DNA from: Eledone cirrhosa
Taxonomy: Eukaryota
Direction: 5' to 3'
Length of the DNA stretch: 64,000 nt
NCBI GenBank assembly: GCA_964016885.1
Contig: OZ024743.1
Span: 72,478,001 to 72,542,000 of the forward strand
Of this stretch, positions 1 to 12,606 are shown in pieces (the first letter of the stretch is position 1; every line of letters begins with the position of its first letter). Below the pieces are notes generated by a model that saw nothing but the letters and a program-made list of their open reading frames with translations, did no database searches and had not been told where the DNA came from. The position numbers and the translations under genes were made by a program.

Positions 1-1560
1 CAGTTTTGGAAATTCTTCCTGTTTTATGTGAAAAAAGTGACTGTTTTATATGAACACATTGATACCTGTGCCGCCCAAAATCCTTCCGCTCTACAAATCT
101 AAAGATAATGCCACCCCTACCAAGTGCATCAGCAAGGAATCTCACTTTACTAACAAATACGGACCCCCTCTAAACACATCTTCCTAAGACGAACCCACAT
201 CATACACACGTCGATATACATACCTACATAAGCATACATCCTACATACATTTCTATCCACATATAAACACAAATATACACAAATTCGCATACCTTTCGAT
301 GTTTATAGATATACACGTGCCGACACGCACACATACACATACGCACACATGTACTGCACATTGATGGGTGCATACATATTTGTACACAAGTATCCCATAT
401 GGCAGGGCCTAATGGATTCCCTTTACAGTAAGGACAATCTGGACTCACAGACGCCTTGTTGTTATGACAATACTATACATCATTTCACCTCTTTTATTAT
501 ATATATAATTGATGTTCTATTGAGAGAATCATTTTTGCAAATGACTGAAAATATCGAATAATGTACGACATTTTTACCAGGACCACAAAAATACTGGTCC
601 ATCGACACACATACACACACACACACATACACACACACACATACACACACACATACACACACACGCGCGCGCGCGCGCGCGCATGCACACGCGAACACTA
701 GCATACAGACAGACATACACACACTCACACACTTCTCCGTATAAGACAAGAGCTGAAAAATATGTTTCAACATGTTAAAATAACCCCCCCCCCCCCTACA
801 CACACACATTCCTACTGACCGATTCATTTCCATTATCACAATAATTGTTTCTACTTTAGGCACAAGGCCAGCATAATGAACCACTTTGCTACACACACAC
901 ATATTTGTCTTAATAGACACCTGAACTGTTGACCTCTCAACATGACTGCAACTCACACACGTACACACACATTCCTACTGACCGATTCATTTCTATTATT
1001 ACAACAATGAACCACTTTGCTACACACACATATTTGTCTTAATAGATACCTGAACTGTTGACCTCTGAACAACTCAATCAAGCGGAAAAGGACACTCTTC
1101 GACAAATCTACATTTGGCGCGAAACCAGTTCGCGCTATAATCAATTTAAACGTTCACGTGACTTCTACCGACCAATCAAAATTGTTTTGACAACAAGAAT
1201 TTTTGCAACACGAATTGGCGCGAAATTGATAGTGCTTATTCACGTGACATTCAACAACCAACCAAATCTTAATACCTCCCAAGCCACATTTTTCACATAA
1301 AACAGGAAGAATTTCCGAAACTGATCAGATTAGAGCAAAAATCACGAGCACTCTATCTCAAAATTATTTTTGAAAAGCATAAGAAATGCGCAACCGGTAA
1401 AAACTTGAAACTAAAACTGAATACTAACTAATACTTATTACTAATTTATATTTATTCCTAATTAAACTATTTTTCACTGGGAAAAATTTGTCAGGATTTT
1501 CTTTTCCTTTTTACTAATATATCACAACTCGTGTGTCACAACTCCATTTTTTTAAAATAA
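1..1560 (+). mobile_element. Decayed Penelope-like element 3' remnant with inverted terminal segment
   Basis: 134-175 reads KESHFTNKYGPPLN, resembling the GIY-YIG C-terminal E..F..KY.P.LN motif. 1-39 is the reverse complement of ~1285-1323. Ends at a (TA)n tract. Confidence 0.45.
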
Positions 1561-1561
1561 A

Positions 1562-1717
<156 letters not shown>

Positions 1718-1864
1718 AAAACATTTTTTCGCTCTACATGGCTGAATACAATAAATGTAATCTGAGTTTTTCGAATATGAACAATAACGTTCGATTCGTT
1801 TGCAATTATGCAAACAAGCCTCACTTTAAAAGCCATGGCAGTAGCATTAACTCTTCAAACAGAA

Positions 1865-1908
1865 CTGCAGACACTAATGTTTCTGGGTATCATCCTTCAT
1901 CAGTACAG
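1865..1908 (-). ncRNA. Type I hammerhead ribozyme, intact core
   Basis: CTGTA-CTGATGA-aggatgataccca-GAAA-cattagtg-TC-TGCAG; stem I ctgta/tgcag, stem III ca/tg. Confidence 0.8.
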
Positions 1909-2477
1909 CTCACTGTTCACCTGCCAACTCTCAGAGCTAGTGAAAGTATATGGTATTTTCTAAAATATACAGTGACTGATCGGCCTGACTTAAACTTTAG
2001 CAGACCTATTGATCAGTCAGATCTGCATATTAGCAGATCCACTGATTACCCAGATTTGCATATCAGCAGACGGGCCAGTCAGTTTCCTATATACGAGCGA
2101 TAAATGGCCGGCTTTGCTATATTCGGATAAAAAACATTTTGCCTGCAGTTCTGTTCAGATGCCAACACATGAGCAAGAATGAAGTGTTCATTGTACTGAC
2201 ATGGCTTTAAAAATGAGGCTTGTTTTCATAATTGCAAACGAATCGAATGTTATTAATATTCGAAAAACTCAGATTACATTTATTGTATTCCGCTATGTAG
2301 AGCGAAAAAGTTTTATCGCTCTTATACAGGAAACTAACTGGCCAGTCTGCTGATATGCAAATCTGGGTAATCAGTGGATCTGCTAATATGCAGATCTGAC
2401 TGATCAGTAATCACTGTATATTTTAGAAAATAGCATATACTTTCACTAGCTCTGATAGTTGGCAGGTGAACAGTGAG

Positions 2478-2521
2478 CTGTACTGATGCAGGGTGATACC
2501 CAGAAACATTAGTGTCTGCAG
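2478..2521 (+). ncRNA. Type I hammerhead ribozyme (A9C variant)
   Basis: CTGTA-CTGATGC-agggtgataccca-GAAA-cattagtg-TC-TGCAG; stem II gggt/accc. Confidence 0.65.
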
Positions 2522-2671
2522 TTCTGTGTAGATGCCAACACATGAGCAAGAATGAAGTGTTAATTCTACTGCCATGGCTTTAAAAATGAAGCTTCTTTGC
2601 GTAATTGTAAAACGAATCGAATGTTATTAATATTCGAAAAAATCAGATTACATTTATATATATATATATAA

Positions 2672-2928
2672 ATGGTCGGAGTAGCGCTTAAGGCTTTCTC
2701 TGACGATGTGCAACGAAAGAACTTTGATAAACTATATATATGTGTTTGTGTCTATATTGAATCTGTATTATTTTTGACCGTCGGTCAGTCAATGGCAACA
2801 TTGAGGACCGAATAAATTAGATTACCGATATAAAAGACACAGAAGCGAAAACCAACCAAACAGTGAGTGTGTTCTGTTATTAATTCTGGCAATATTACAC
2901 AAATATGACCCTCCCCAAGTATAACAAT
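2672..2928 (+). mobile_element. PLE 3' end fragment with partial HHR (same family as 13310-13437 and 14108-14340)
   Basis: Shared tail ccgatataaaagacacagaagcgaaaacc...gaccctccccaagtataacaa; CTGACGA...GAAA at ~2700-2718; between (TA)n tracts. Confidence 0.6.
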
Positions 2929-2939
2929 ATATATATAAA

Positions 2940-2983
<44 letters not shown>

Positions 2984-2987
2984 TACT

Positions 2988-3054
<67 letters not shown>

Positions 3055-3539
3055 AAGAGAGAGAGTGTGTGTTTGTAATTTTCATTTTTAATCATTGTTA
3101 TTGATGTTTAATACACTGTTCCTTCTGTTGAAACTTAGAGTTACGTTTAATAGCACCAACTCTATTTTATACTTTACCAAATGTAGTCATATAAATTGAA
3201 GGCCAGTATTTTTGGGTCTGTTGCTTGTATCACATTTTGTCAACAAAAGAATGTAGCCACATTTATCTTTATTCCCTTTAATAAAACAATTATAATGTAA
3301 TTTTCCTACATAAGCAATGCTTGCAACTGTGTGTTATGAGACTAGATAGTCAGAAGGTATGTATTTTATGCATCAAAATATCTAAACCCGAAAAGTTTCC
3401 ATGACTGACTCCGGTTCTGACCAATCCTCTTACTGCCTAGAACAGATATTTCTATTTGATAATTATCTTTGCATTTTTGGAAGATGACATATTATTTCTT
3501 TGGTATTGTCGCAAAAAGAACACAAGATAGTTATAATAG

Positions 3540-3778
3540 TACCAATAAAAAGGGTTTCTGATATAGGGACCATGCCAGTAAGTTTCGTGAAGGGGAAAGT
3601 CGATTAAATTGACCCCAGTGTGTGTGCGACTGGTATTAACGATCAAACGATCGACCCTGTAAGTTGGGAAAGCAAAGCTAACTTTGGCGGGATTAGAATT
3701 CAGAAGGTAAAGGACCATAACTCTATACCACAAAGCATGTTGTCCAAAGTTCTACCGATACTGCCAATCCACCGCCCA
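3540..3778 (-). mobile_element. tRNA-derived SINE family A (Meta-domain-like core), diverged
   Basis: Shares ctaccgatactgccaatccaccgccc and a degenerate aaggcaaagttaacctcggcgggatttgaac core with other copies. Confidence 0.75.
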
Positions 3779-4213
3779 CATTGTACCAATAATAATTAAC
3801 TATTTCAAGTATTTCGACAATTAATTACATATCAACTTAGTTCCAATTATTAAGGAAAGAAATCTGCTGAGAATATGGTGTATATTACAACCAAATGCCG
3901 GAAGCTAGCGTTATTGGGTTGCAGGTGTCGTAATTATATAATAATATTAATAATGGTTTCTTTATTGGCCACAAGGGCCAACATGAAGTAAAAAGTTACT
4001 GACGGGACAGATCGGTAGAGAATGTTACAAATTGGGTTTGGGCCGTGTAAATAGGTTATAACAAGAAAATAGAAATATAAAAAAAAATTCAAACAACAAA
4101 AATACCCCAATAGGGGGGAAACTTCCGAGGATCACTCGTGGCAAAACCACACAAAAGACCACGGCCATTCTGACCAACATGGAAGAGGCCCTCTCAGTTT
4201 TCCACTCCTCAGT

Positions 4214-6830
4214 CTACAGGCGCATACTCTGAGCGGGCCCGTTCTCTCGGACTAGACTCGCCACTTTCACCCACCTTTCAAGAAACTTGCTAGAAGACAG
4301 CACTTGCCTCTCCACCCTGATTTTCCTCTTCAAGTGAAACTTGAAAAAGTTAATCAGGGTTTGGCCGGAAAGGAAAGTCTCCGTCTTAACCCTTTCGATC
4401 TTGTCAACCACACAATCTCTTTCGCCATGGCCACCAGGCAGATGGAAACCGCGCGCCCTTCCTCCTCCTTAACGAAGGATGGCGGGGCTATCTGCACAAT
4501 TGTCTCAGTCGATAACCGGATTCGTCCTACCCGCGACAGCAACTGTTCGACATAGCCGCGCAAGTCAGCAATTGTCAGGCACTTAACGAGTGCGTGCAGG
4601 ACGGTTTCGTGCCCAGCACGCAACTCGGACAGGCTCAGCTGACAGCACCTCTGTGCCTGTAGAGCTTATCCTGAACCGGCAACGCTCCCCGGTAGCACTG
4701 CCAAGCCAGGGATTTCTGGAAGCTGTCCATAGGCCCCGGGCTGAAAGTTCTCTTGAAGAGAGTGAACAGCTGATCCTCTTCGACGCCCATGGTCTCCCCG
4801 AGAACGTCGCCGCTCTTCCCGTCCACTAGCCCTCTATACAATGCCAAGGTGGATGTTCCACCGATACTAGTGTCCAGCGGGTAGAGGGCGGTGAGCGCTT
4901 GGAAATATTCCAGCTTCCAAGTGCTATCCCTCGGTCTTTTCCCGGTCCAGGACTGCAGCACTGTCAAGGAGACGAGCTGGAGAAAAGCGCGTCTGCCAAA
5001 CGGGTCCGAGCATCTGGAGGTGTTTGCTGTACGACACAATCACGGTGACGTCGTCGCCGTAAGTGGGCAAGGATCTCCCGCATCCCAGTTCACATGGGAC
5101 GCTCCTCATCGTCTCCAATTTGTGCAGTAACGGCTCGAGGGAAAATAGATACAAGAGGGACAATAGGGGACAAACCTGGCGGACCACACGCATGATGGTA
5201 TATGGCTGCGACAGGTGACATTTTACCCTCAAAATCGAGCAGATGTCGCTGTGCATCGCAACAATTCAGCCCCTAAAAGCGGGCCCGAAATCGGCCGCCT
5301 CGACGATCACAGCCAAGTACCGATTGCCGACACTATCAAATGCTTTAGATTCATCCAAGTTGAACAGGGCCTCACGCGTGCCAGGTTCCTTAACAAGCCT
5401 CTAATGATGTATCGCATGAGATGGAGATGGTCGTGGAGGGATCTGTCCGGAATGGTCATGCCTGCGCTTCTCCCACCAGATCGTCAACGACAAGTGCCAA
5501 TCTCTTTGCTAACACCTTGGCGAAAACCGTGAACTTTGCGTTCAGCAGAGCTATGGGCCTGAGGTTGTCTATGACGTCGCCCTTGTTCGGGTCTTTTCTC
5601 AGCAGCGCTACCGCTCCCCGACTCACAAAATTGGCAATGTTCCCGTTCTGCTGCCAGTTGCAGTAGACGTCTGCCAAGAGGTCGCCGAACAAGTATGGCA
5701 TGTACACATAAAGTTCGTAGAGCAGAGCATCCAAACCTAGCGATTTGCCCCTCATGCAGTCAGACATCACTTTCCGTATTTAACCTGCTGTTATCGGATT
5801 TTCGCAGCCCTGCGCTGCGGTCGTTGAGAGCCGCAGCAGTCTGTCGAGGTATGCACCGAAGTCTACACTCTGATCCGGCCCGCCGCCACTCCCGAACAGT
5901 TGATTAAAGTGCTGTTGAAAAGCCGCACACATATGATCGGGTTCGGGCAAAATGCGCCCATTTTGAACTGGCAAAGATCTTGCGTTGAACAATTAGTCGA
6001 GTGCCAATCTCGCCGCAAGCACGTTGGTTGCGATGCCTGTGCAAAACAGTTATTCTAGCTTTGTAACAAGCTCTCCCTCTACTCTGTTTTCCTCTATCAC
6101 TATTCCTTTCCTAAACCTTATGGATTCTACTCTAATAGCCCTTTTCAGGTAAACCACCACATGTTGTTGACGATCGTACTCGTCAAGGCACGCTTAACTA
6201 ATTCGCTAATCCGGACTCTGTAAGCTTTGCGCGCCGAGAACGACGCGTTCAGTTTCCAATAACCGGGCCCATGCCTATGGAGCCTATCTAAGTCAACTTC
6301 ACAGATCACAAATTTGTTGTCCGTGTAGTCGACTACTTTAAATTGTGGAGAACCTAAACTAGCCTTATCTGTTTCCCTATAGAATACCCTATCTAAATAC
6401 GATCTGGATGACCCGATGCGGTTTGCCCGTCTGTACATTGGCACATTCGGATAAACCAGTCTATACCTGTCAGACAGTTCAACACGTCTGAGCAGGTTGT
6501 TGAGGCTTTTACACTCTCTTCCTCTGTATGAAAGCATTGCCTTCGCTGCCTGTCACGTCTAGCACCACCGACTTACCTTCTGGGTCCAAGAAAATGGCCC
6601 GTATGGCGAGATCGAAGGCTCTCCGAAAAATCACAGCAACTCCACCCCGGCTCCCAGACGGCTTGGTGATGCGTATACATCGTAGCCGCCGAAGACCGGT
6701 GCGAAGGCTCGTGTTTCGGAGATTCTGGTCTCGCTGATGGCCACCACATCTATGTTAGTTGAGCAGGTGACCCTGCTTCCAAGATGATGCCAGGCCACGT
6801 ACATTTACACTGCCTATTCTGAGTACGGCC
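4214..6830 (-). pseudogene. Tx1-like ORF2 (AP-endonuclease + reverse transcriptase), frameshifted and internally deleted
   Basis: SRSYLDRVF..TD, GPGYWKLNAS, LRPIALLNAKFTVFAKVLAKRL, RQVCPLL..LY, YGDDV, ETVLHALVKC. Confidence 0.88.
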
Positions 6831-7368
6831 ATGCTTGGTGAGGAATGGGTAAGTGAGAAAGGATCACTTACATTTATAGTGTGTGGGAGTGACAGTAGAA
6901 CCGTCCCCTCCGCTGGTCATGAGTATCTCCACGATGATGTTTGTTATATTATATTGGAGAATGACCCTCTGAAATCCCCAATGCAATTGAATTGGATGAT
7001 GATTATATTTTTTGGTAAAGTTGTTGGTGTTGGTGGGGTGTGGTAATTTATGTCTGTAATGTCTGTGTGTTGCTTTATAGGTTCCATTAATTCTTTGTTT
7101 GCGATATTTCTGGTTGTGTAATTTTTTTGGGGGCCGGGGGGGCAGTGGTGGTTTTGTTGCTGCTTTCTTCTTGTTGCCGTTGAGTGTGTGTGCTTTGTTG
7201 TGTTTGCGATGTTAGTGTTTGGGGTGATGCTGGTAGTGGTGTGGTTGTTTGTGGTGGTGATGGTTATTGTTATGGTGGTTGGTGTTGCTGGAAGTCGCCT
7301 TGCAGCTTTATGCTTCTTTGTTTGCCCTCGCTTTTGGAGGGTGAAGCTATGCTGTTTTTTCGTTTGTT

Positions 7369-8460
7369 TTACTTGCAAACTGTTCTCCACTCCTCTGCCG
7401 CCTCATTCTCCATGTCCGACTGTGAGAGGTCGGGGAGCGGTATGGGTTCTACCCTCTCATTTGATATTGCTGTTGTTGATGTTGTTGTTGTTGTTGGTGG
7501 TGGTGGTGGAGCCTGGTCTGGCGTTCTTGGCACAGGTGCAGATAGTGTAACTCTTTCTGTTGCTACCATTGCCGTCGCTGTTTTTGTTGTCTGTCGCTTT
7601 GCTGTGGGTGCCACAGATGTTGTCCTCCTACTCTCTGTTATGATCCCGAACTTCTCGCTGACTGCCTTGTTTCTGATGACAGCGGTTCCGGAGTTGGAAG
7701 AAGGAGGGTATTCGACTTTGTTATCTAATGTGGGCAGAAGACCCTGAGGTGAGACTTCGATCCACATTCGTAACACTTTGGGCGCCTTCCTTCCACAGAT
7801 ATTGGAAGTTGGGAGCCATTCACGAGGTCTATTGTGTAAGAAATAGCACTGATGCAATCCTGGTATGTTTGGATGAGCATCTCCATTTCAATACCGGACC
7901 AGTCCTCTGTCCCCAATTTCTGTACCTGCAGAATGCTTGTTTTGTCCTCGATGCCCACGAGGACAGATACAACCAGACAAGACACGGGTATGTAGGGCGG
8001 AACCTGGGCCACCCTGATCTTTGCAATTTTTTCCTCCCTGCAGTAAAAGGGGACTAATATTAATTCATCACTCCGTAGGATTTTCAAGGTGTGCAATTTT
8101 GCTTCCTGGGTGGTAGCAAAAATGACGTCTACTGTATCATACTTCGTGCCTCGGGTGTTGTGGGTTTTCCGTGCCCACACAGTTTACAAGGCCTTCTGGA
8201 TTTGGGCCTCCGTGACTCTCTCCACACGACGGGATATCGTGTCAATTGTGCGGTATGACAATGTGCGTCGCTTTTTTACTTCTGGAAGTCGGTTGGCGGT
8301 TTCAAGGAGACTGAAAATTCAGTTCTGGTTATCCCGTGTCTTACGACCGCCATCGCCTCCTCTGTGACCAGAAATGTCTCTACGTTGCGTGTCACTCTAG
8401 CAATAGTGATGGTCCCTTTATGCGGGACCATTGTTTCTCCTACTACTGCTGCTACTGGTC
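7369..8460 (-). pseudogene. Tx1-like ORF1 (gag-like, zinc knuckle)
   Basis: EGRRPKCYECGSKSHLRVFCP (Cx2Cx4Hx4C). The N-terminal VTEEAMAV motif is shared with the copy at 59904-60557. Confidence 0.8.
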
Positions 8461-9044
8461 TTGTTGTTGCTGCTATTGCTGTTGCTACTGCTACAACTGG
8501 TGTTACTGGTGTTGCTGCTGCTGCTGCTGCTGCTACCACTGGTGTTAATGTCACTGCAGTTGCTGTTGCTACCTCCTTCGTTGCCAAATGCATCAGCAGC
8601 AACCGCTTCTCGACCACGGCTTGATGGAGAAGAGGATGAAATAATCTTTGCCTGACTTTCACTCCATGACGATGAAGAAGACGAAAAAGAAAGCCAGACT
8701 TCACACGGACAGCTTGGTGATGAACTAAGTTTTGAGGAAAGACAAGGTAACGAAAGATAGTTTGATGTAGAACGAAGTTGGGAGTGAAGACAAGGTAGAA
8801 AAGAGATTTGTTTTGAGTGACGCCAGTTTTCTTTTTTTTTGTAGGCGTATTTGCCAAATGCAAAGTCCAAATTGGAATTTAGCCCCGAAGAGCTAATTAC
8901 CGATTGATGTCGATTGATGTCGAGAAGCGGGTTATGTTTAAACACAAGACAATATAAAGTTTTACAACATTTCGCAATAAATACTGTTCAAATATCACAA
9001 ATTTACGGGAGCAAAATTTCCTACTTCCACAATAATAATGATAG

Positions 9045-9224
9045 CAATAATAATTGTTTCTACTTTATGACAGTGTATTACTGGTACTTTATTTTAACGA
9101 CACCGTAAGGATGAAAGGAAAAGTTAACCTCGGCGGGATTTGAACTTAGATCATAAAGGGCCGTAAATCTATGTGTCAAAGCATGGCGTCCGATCGTCTA
9201 CCGATACTGACAATCCACCTCCCC
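9045..9224 (-). mobile_element. SINE family A
   Basis: gtaaggatgaaagg..aagttaacctcggcgggatttgaac core; (AAT)n tail. Confidence 0.85.
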
Positions 9225-11028
9225 TAATAATAATAATAACAGTAGCTCATTGTATACGCTATAGTTTATTGTTTTTCGAAGCCTGAATAATATGAAAGCC
9301 TAGAAAAATAACAATGTAAGCAGGTGTTTCGACATTGTATCAAGTAGGCACTTTTTGAAACAGGAAATAGGTTTCGATGAATATTACACATTTTGGGTGT
9401 TGTTTTCAATTCATGTGATATTGTATAAAATCTGATTGGATCAGATTATATAATAGTATTTTGTAAATACCACGTGCGGTACTATCAGCTATGAATATAC
9501 AGTATATATTTAATGATGTATGTCTCTGGCTCAGCATCCTGTTGTGACACTTTAAACATTTTTTTTTTATGTTGGAGATTACGTTTTGCTTTATCTGTAC
9601 GATAAATTTAAAGTACACAAAATACATTGACCGTGGTGTAAATGTTTCAATCAATTTCTTAATTGTATCCACGTAAGAAACAACCCCTAAAACACATTAT
9701 GTACCACACATATAAATCTACATCCGAAGGACATCATACAAGTTAAAATATTTCACACAAAGCGTTTTTAACATCAAACAATACCTAAATATTAATGCTT
9801 GGGACGGTGTTGCTATTAACGTCGCTTAAATTCGTTTATGTCGGTCGATCTTTTTTGAAATTAATTTCTTTCGAGTTTTTTATGTGTTATTATTCTGAAC
9901 CAGTTTTCTTATTCCCTTTGATTGCATTTTACATGCATTTCAACGAGCAAGTTACTCTCTCTATTAACTGATATCTTTAATTACAGAATGCAGATTAATC
10001 ATTCACTGTTCAATAAGAAATGTGCTTGTTGATTTCATGTGGAGATATTGAAATTGCCTTGGCAGCTGGTATTTCAATATTTTGCTGTTCGAGTTAATTT
10101 TTATAATTATGTTGACATGAAACCCTCATTAATGTTTATTCAATCCCCTGCGGACTGATGATCTCGATATATATCATATTTGGATCTCCTAGAAAAATTA
10201 TGGGGAGAGTAGGAATCTAGATGAAAAAAAATGATAGATAAGATGGTAAGTGGGGGCATGTTTTTATTTTTATATAAGGGATTTAGGGAGAGTACATATA
10301 GAGATGCAGAAGTCACATCAGATAAAAGGACAAATAAAGGATGAGAGAGAGAAATAATTGAAATTGAGATAACTACCTGCAAAAGTGAACTTTCGTCTTA
10401 CAAACTAAAAATATTGCTGCCTTCCCAAGGTTATGGTAAAGCCTGATTAATAAGCATTCAAATATATTTTTCGAAATGTTTATAGCATGTTTCTAATTGT
10501 CATTTGTCTTAAATCTGCTTAGTTTAGCAAGTATAACAGTTGTTTCAGTGAGAATAAAGAGGTCGAAAAATGTTGTTTATAGAAGCAATTGCAATGCGGT
10601 GATTAATATATAAAATAACAAGCAGAGGATGTAAGTTCAATAGCATTAGTTGATCAAAATACTCGACAATGTAGATTGAGCAGTGTTACATTTTATAGCC
10701 ATTTTGGTAAAGTAATGAACATGTTTCTGCCTTATAAAAAATTTATCATGTATGTATATTCTCAGAAGGGGAAATTGTTAGGCCTCATATGCGTAAAATA
10801 GAAGTGATATAGTGATACTAATTAGGAATAATGAGGCTATGGGGAAATGATGAAGGTTATTGTTTTGCATACAAAATATAAATAATTTAAAGTGTTCAGA
10901 ATTCTAATATTCTAATATATACAGTATAGAATATTCCGTTATACAGAATTTCATTACATTCTCTCTCACTCACTCTCTCTCTTTCTTTCTTTCTCTTTCT
11001 CTTTCTCTCTCTCTTTCTTTCTCTGTCG

Positions 11029-11102
<74 letters not shown>

Positions 11103-11218
11103 TGAGTTTATGTTGGCTAGAGCACTCGACGAAGTGCGCAGGTTGGTTTGGTTACTCCGGAGTAATGTAAAATAAAGTTAAATAAAAGTCAAATGATTAA
11201 AATTTAGCTTCGTTTATT

Positions 11219-11273
11219 ACTGCTATATGTATTTCAGTGACAGCCATCTTTGCCTGTGACCTCTTCAGGCAGT
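11219..11273 (-). ncRNA. Type I hammerhead ribozyme
   Basis: actgc-CTGAAGA-ggtcacaggcaaagatggctgtcact-GAAA-tacata-TA-gcagt. Confidence 0.7.
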
Positions 11274-11508
11274 TTGAATTAGTATGGTATATACAAGTAC
11301 ATATGTTGTTGAGGTGTATATATTGTCAATACTCTGATATGCCCAGTTCCTTGTTGGGTTGTTATTTCACTGAGGAACTGGAGTAAAAACAAAATGACTC
11401 CAGTTCCTCAGTGAAATGACAACCCAACAAGGAACTGGGCATATCAGAGTATTGACAATATTATACACCTCAACAACATATGTACTTGTCTATACCATAC
11501 TAATTCAA

Positions 11509-11563
11509 ACTGCCTGAAGAAGTCACAGCCAAAGATGGCTGTCACTGAAATATATATAGCAGT
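11509..11563 (+). ncRNA. Type I hammerhead ribozyme (minimal palindromic stem III)
   Basis: actgc-CTGAAGA-agtcacagcc aaagat ggctgtcact-GAAA-tatata-TA-gcagt. Confidence 0.78.
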
Positions 11564-11607
11564 AATAAACGAAGCTAAATTTTAATCATTTGACTTTTAT
11601 TTAACTT

Positions 11608-11664
<57 letters not shown>

Positions 11665-11666
11665 TA

Positions 11667-12606
11667 TTTATATAAATGAAAGGTATAGAAAAAACATTGT
11701 AGCGAAAAGCCAACAGTATTCCATAATATATAAGTGACTATAGCGTAAAAATGGGAAAATAGTTAACGTAAGATGTGGGAAAAATAATTCAAACTCATCT
11801 CAAAGAGAATCAGGATATAGATTCATCCACAGAATTTAGTGAAATCCAGGGAAAAATCAATAGAGCCTTAACTGATGATAAAATAAAGTTTAAAATACTC
11901 ATCCTTCAATTTGGAAAAACTTCAAATGCTCTGTATAGTCTTAAATACTATTTCACGAAAACTTTCAGTGGAGATGGTCACGGTTGGAATTCGATCCTCA
12001 GCAGAGCTCAACTCGATAACCATGATTCTCACAGATTAATATGCCAAAAAGGGATTTTAAAACAGGCTCGTTCATCATCATGCGTGATTATGAAAAATAA
12101 AACGCACACGAGGAAAGACAGGGCTGGTGACGTCAGAATGAGACGAATGTTTGTTTACAAGAAACAACAGACAAAAAACCTTCTGAAAAAATCTCTACAA
12201 TAAGGAGTCAGCAAAAAGCAATATTATCGCGGTTTTTTATAAATAAATACCGGGATTAGTCACAAATAATTTAAGCACTCTAGGAAAGAAATCCGAGTAT
12301 AAATATATAAATGAAAGGTATAGAAAACATTGTAGCGAAAAGCCAACAGTATTCCATAATATATAAGTTACTATAGCGTCAAAATGGGAAAAATAGTTAA
12401 AGTAAGATGTGGGAAAAATAATTCAAACTCATCTCAAAGAGAATCAGGATATAGATTCATCCACAGAATATAGTGAAATCCAGGGAAAAATCAATAGAGC
12501 CTTAACTCATGATAAAATAAAGTTTAAAATACTCATCCTTCAATTTGAAAATGCTCTGTATAGTCTTAAAGACTATTTCACGAAAACTTTCAGTGGAGAT
12601 GGTCAC
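11667..12606 (-). mobile_element. Direct repeat (~310 bp, period ~636), pseudo-LTR-like, with degenerate HHR
   Basis: 11667-11981 repeats at 12303-12606. The minus strand carries CTGAAAG..GAAA-tagtc tttaa gacta-TA. Confidence 0.55.

Larger units (their letters stand above)
1718..2655. mobile_element. Non-coding ~373-nt hammerhead repeat (non-LTR retrozyme-like): one minus copy plus ~1.4 tandem plus copies
   Basis: 1718-2104 is the reverse complement of the unit repeated in 2144-2655. Period 373 (tgcagttctgt at 2144 and 2517). HHR motifs at 1865-1908 and 2478-2521. Flanked by (TA)n. Confidence 0.75.
3940..8950 (-). mobile_element. Tx1/L1-group non-LTR retrotransposon, near full length, decayed (copy 1)
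   Basis: ORF1 with CCHC knuckle; ORF2 EN, RT and C-terminal Zn motifs in broken frames; 3' end aataaagaaacc followed by an (ATT)-rich tail. The 5' limit is approximate. Confidence 0.9.
11168..11613. mobile_element. Fold-back palindrome of a PLE terminal repeat (~215-bp arms, ~12-nt loop), one HHR per arm
   Basis: 11168-11384 is the reverse complement of ~11396-11613. A third copy lies at 34546-34765. Set among (TA)n tracts. Confidence 0.85.

Noticed and set aside
8276-8945. Ser/Ala/Thr-rich or Leu-rich membrane-like ORFs (also 6944-7747 and 59986-60837)
   Set aside because: These are low-complexity trinucleotide tracts in the Tx1 5' and inter-ORF regions, or antisense frames.
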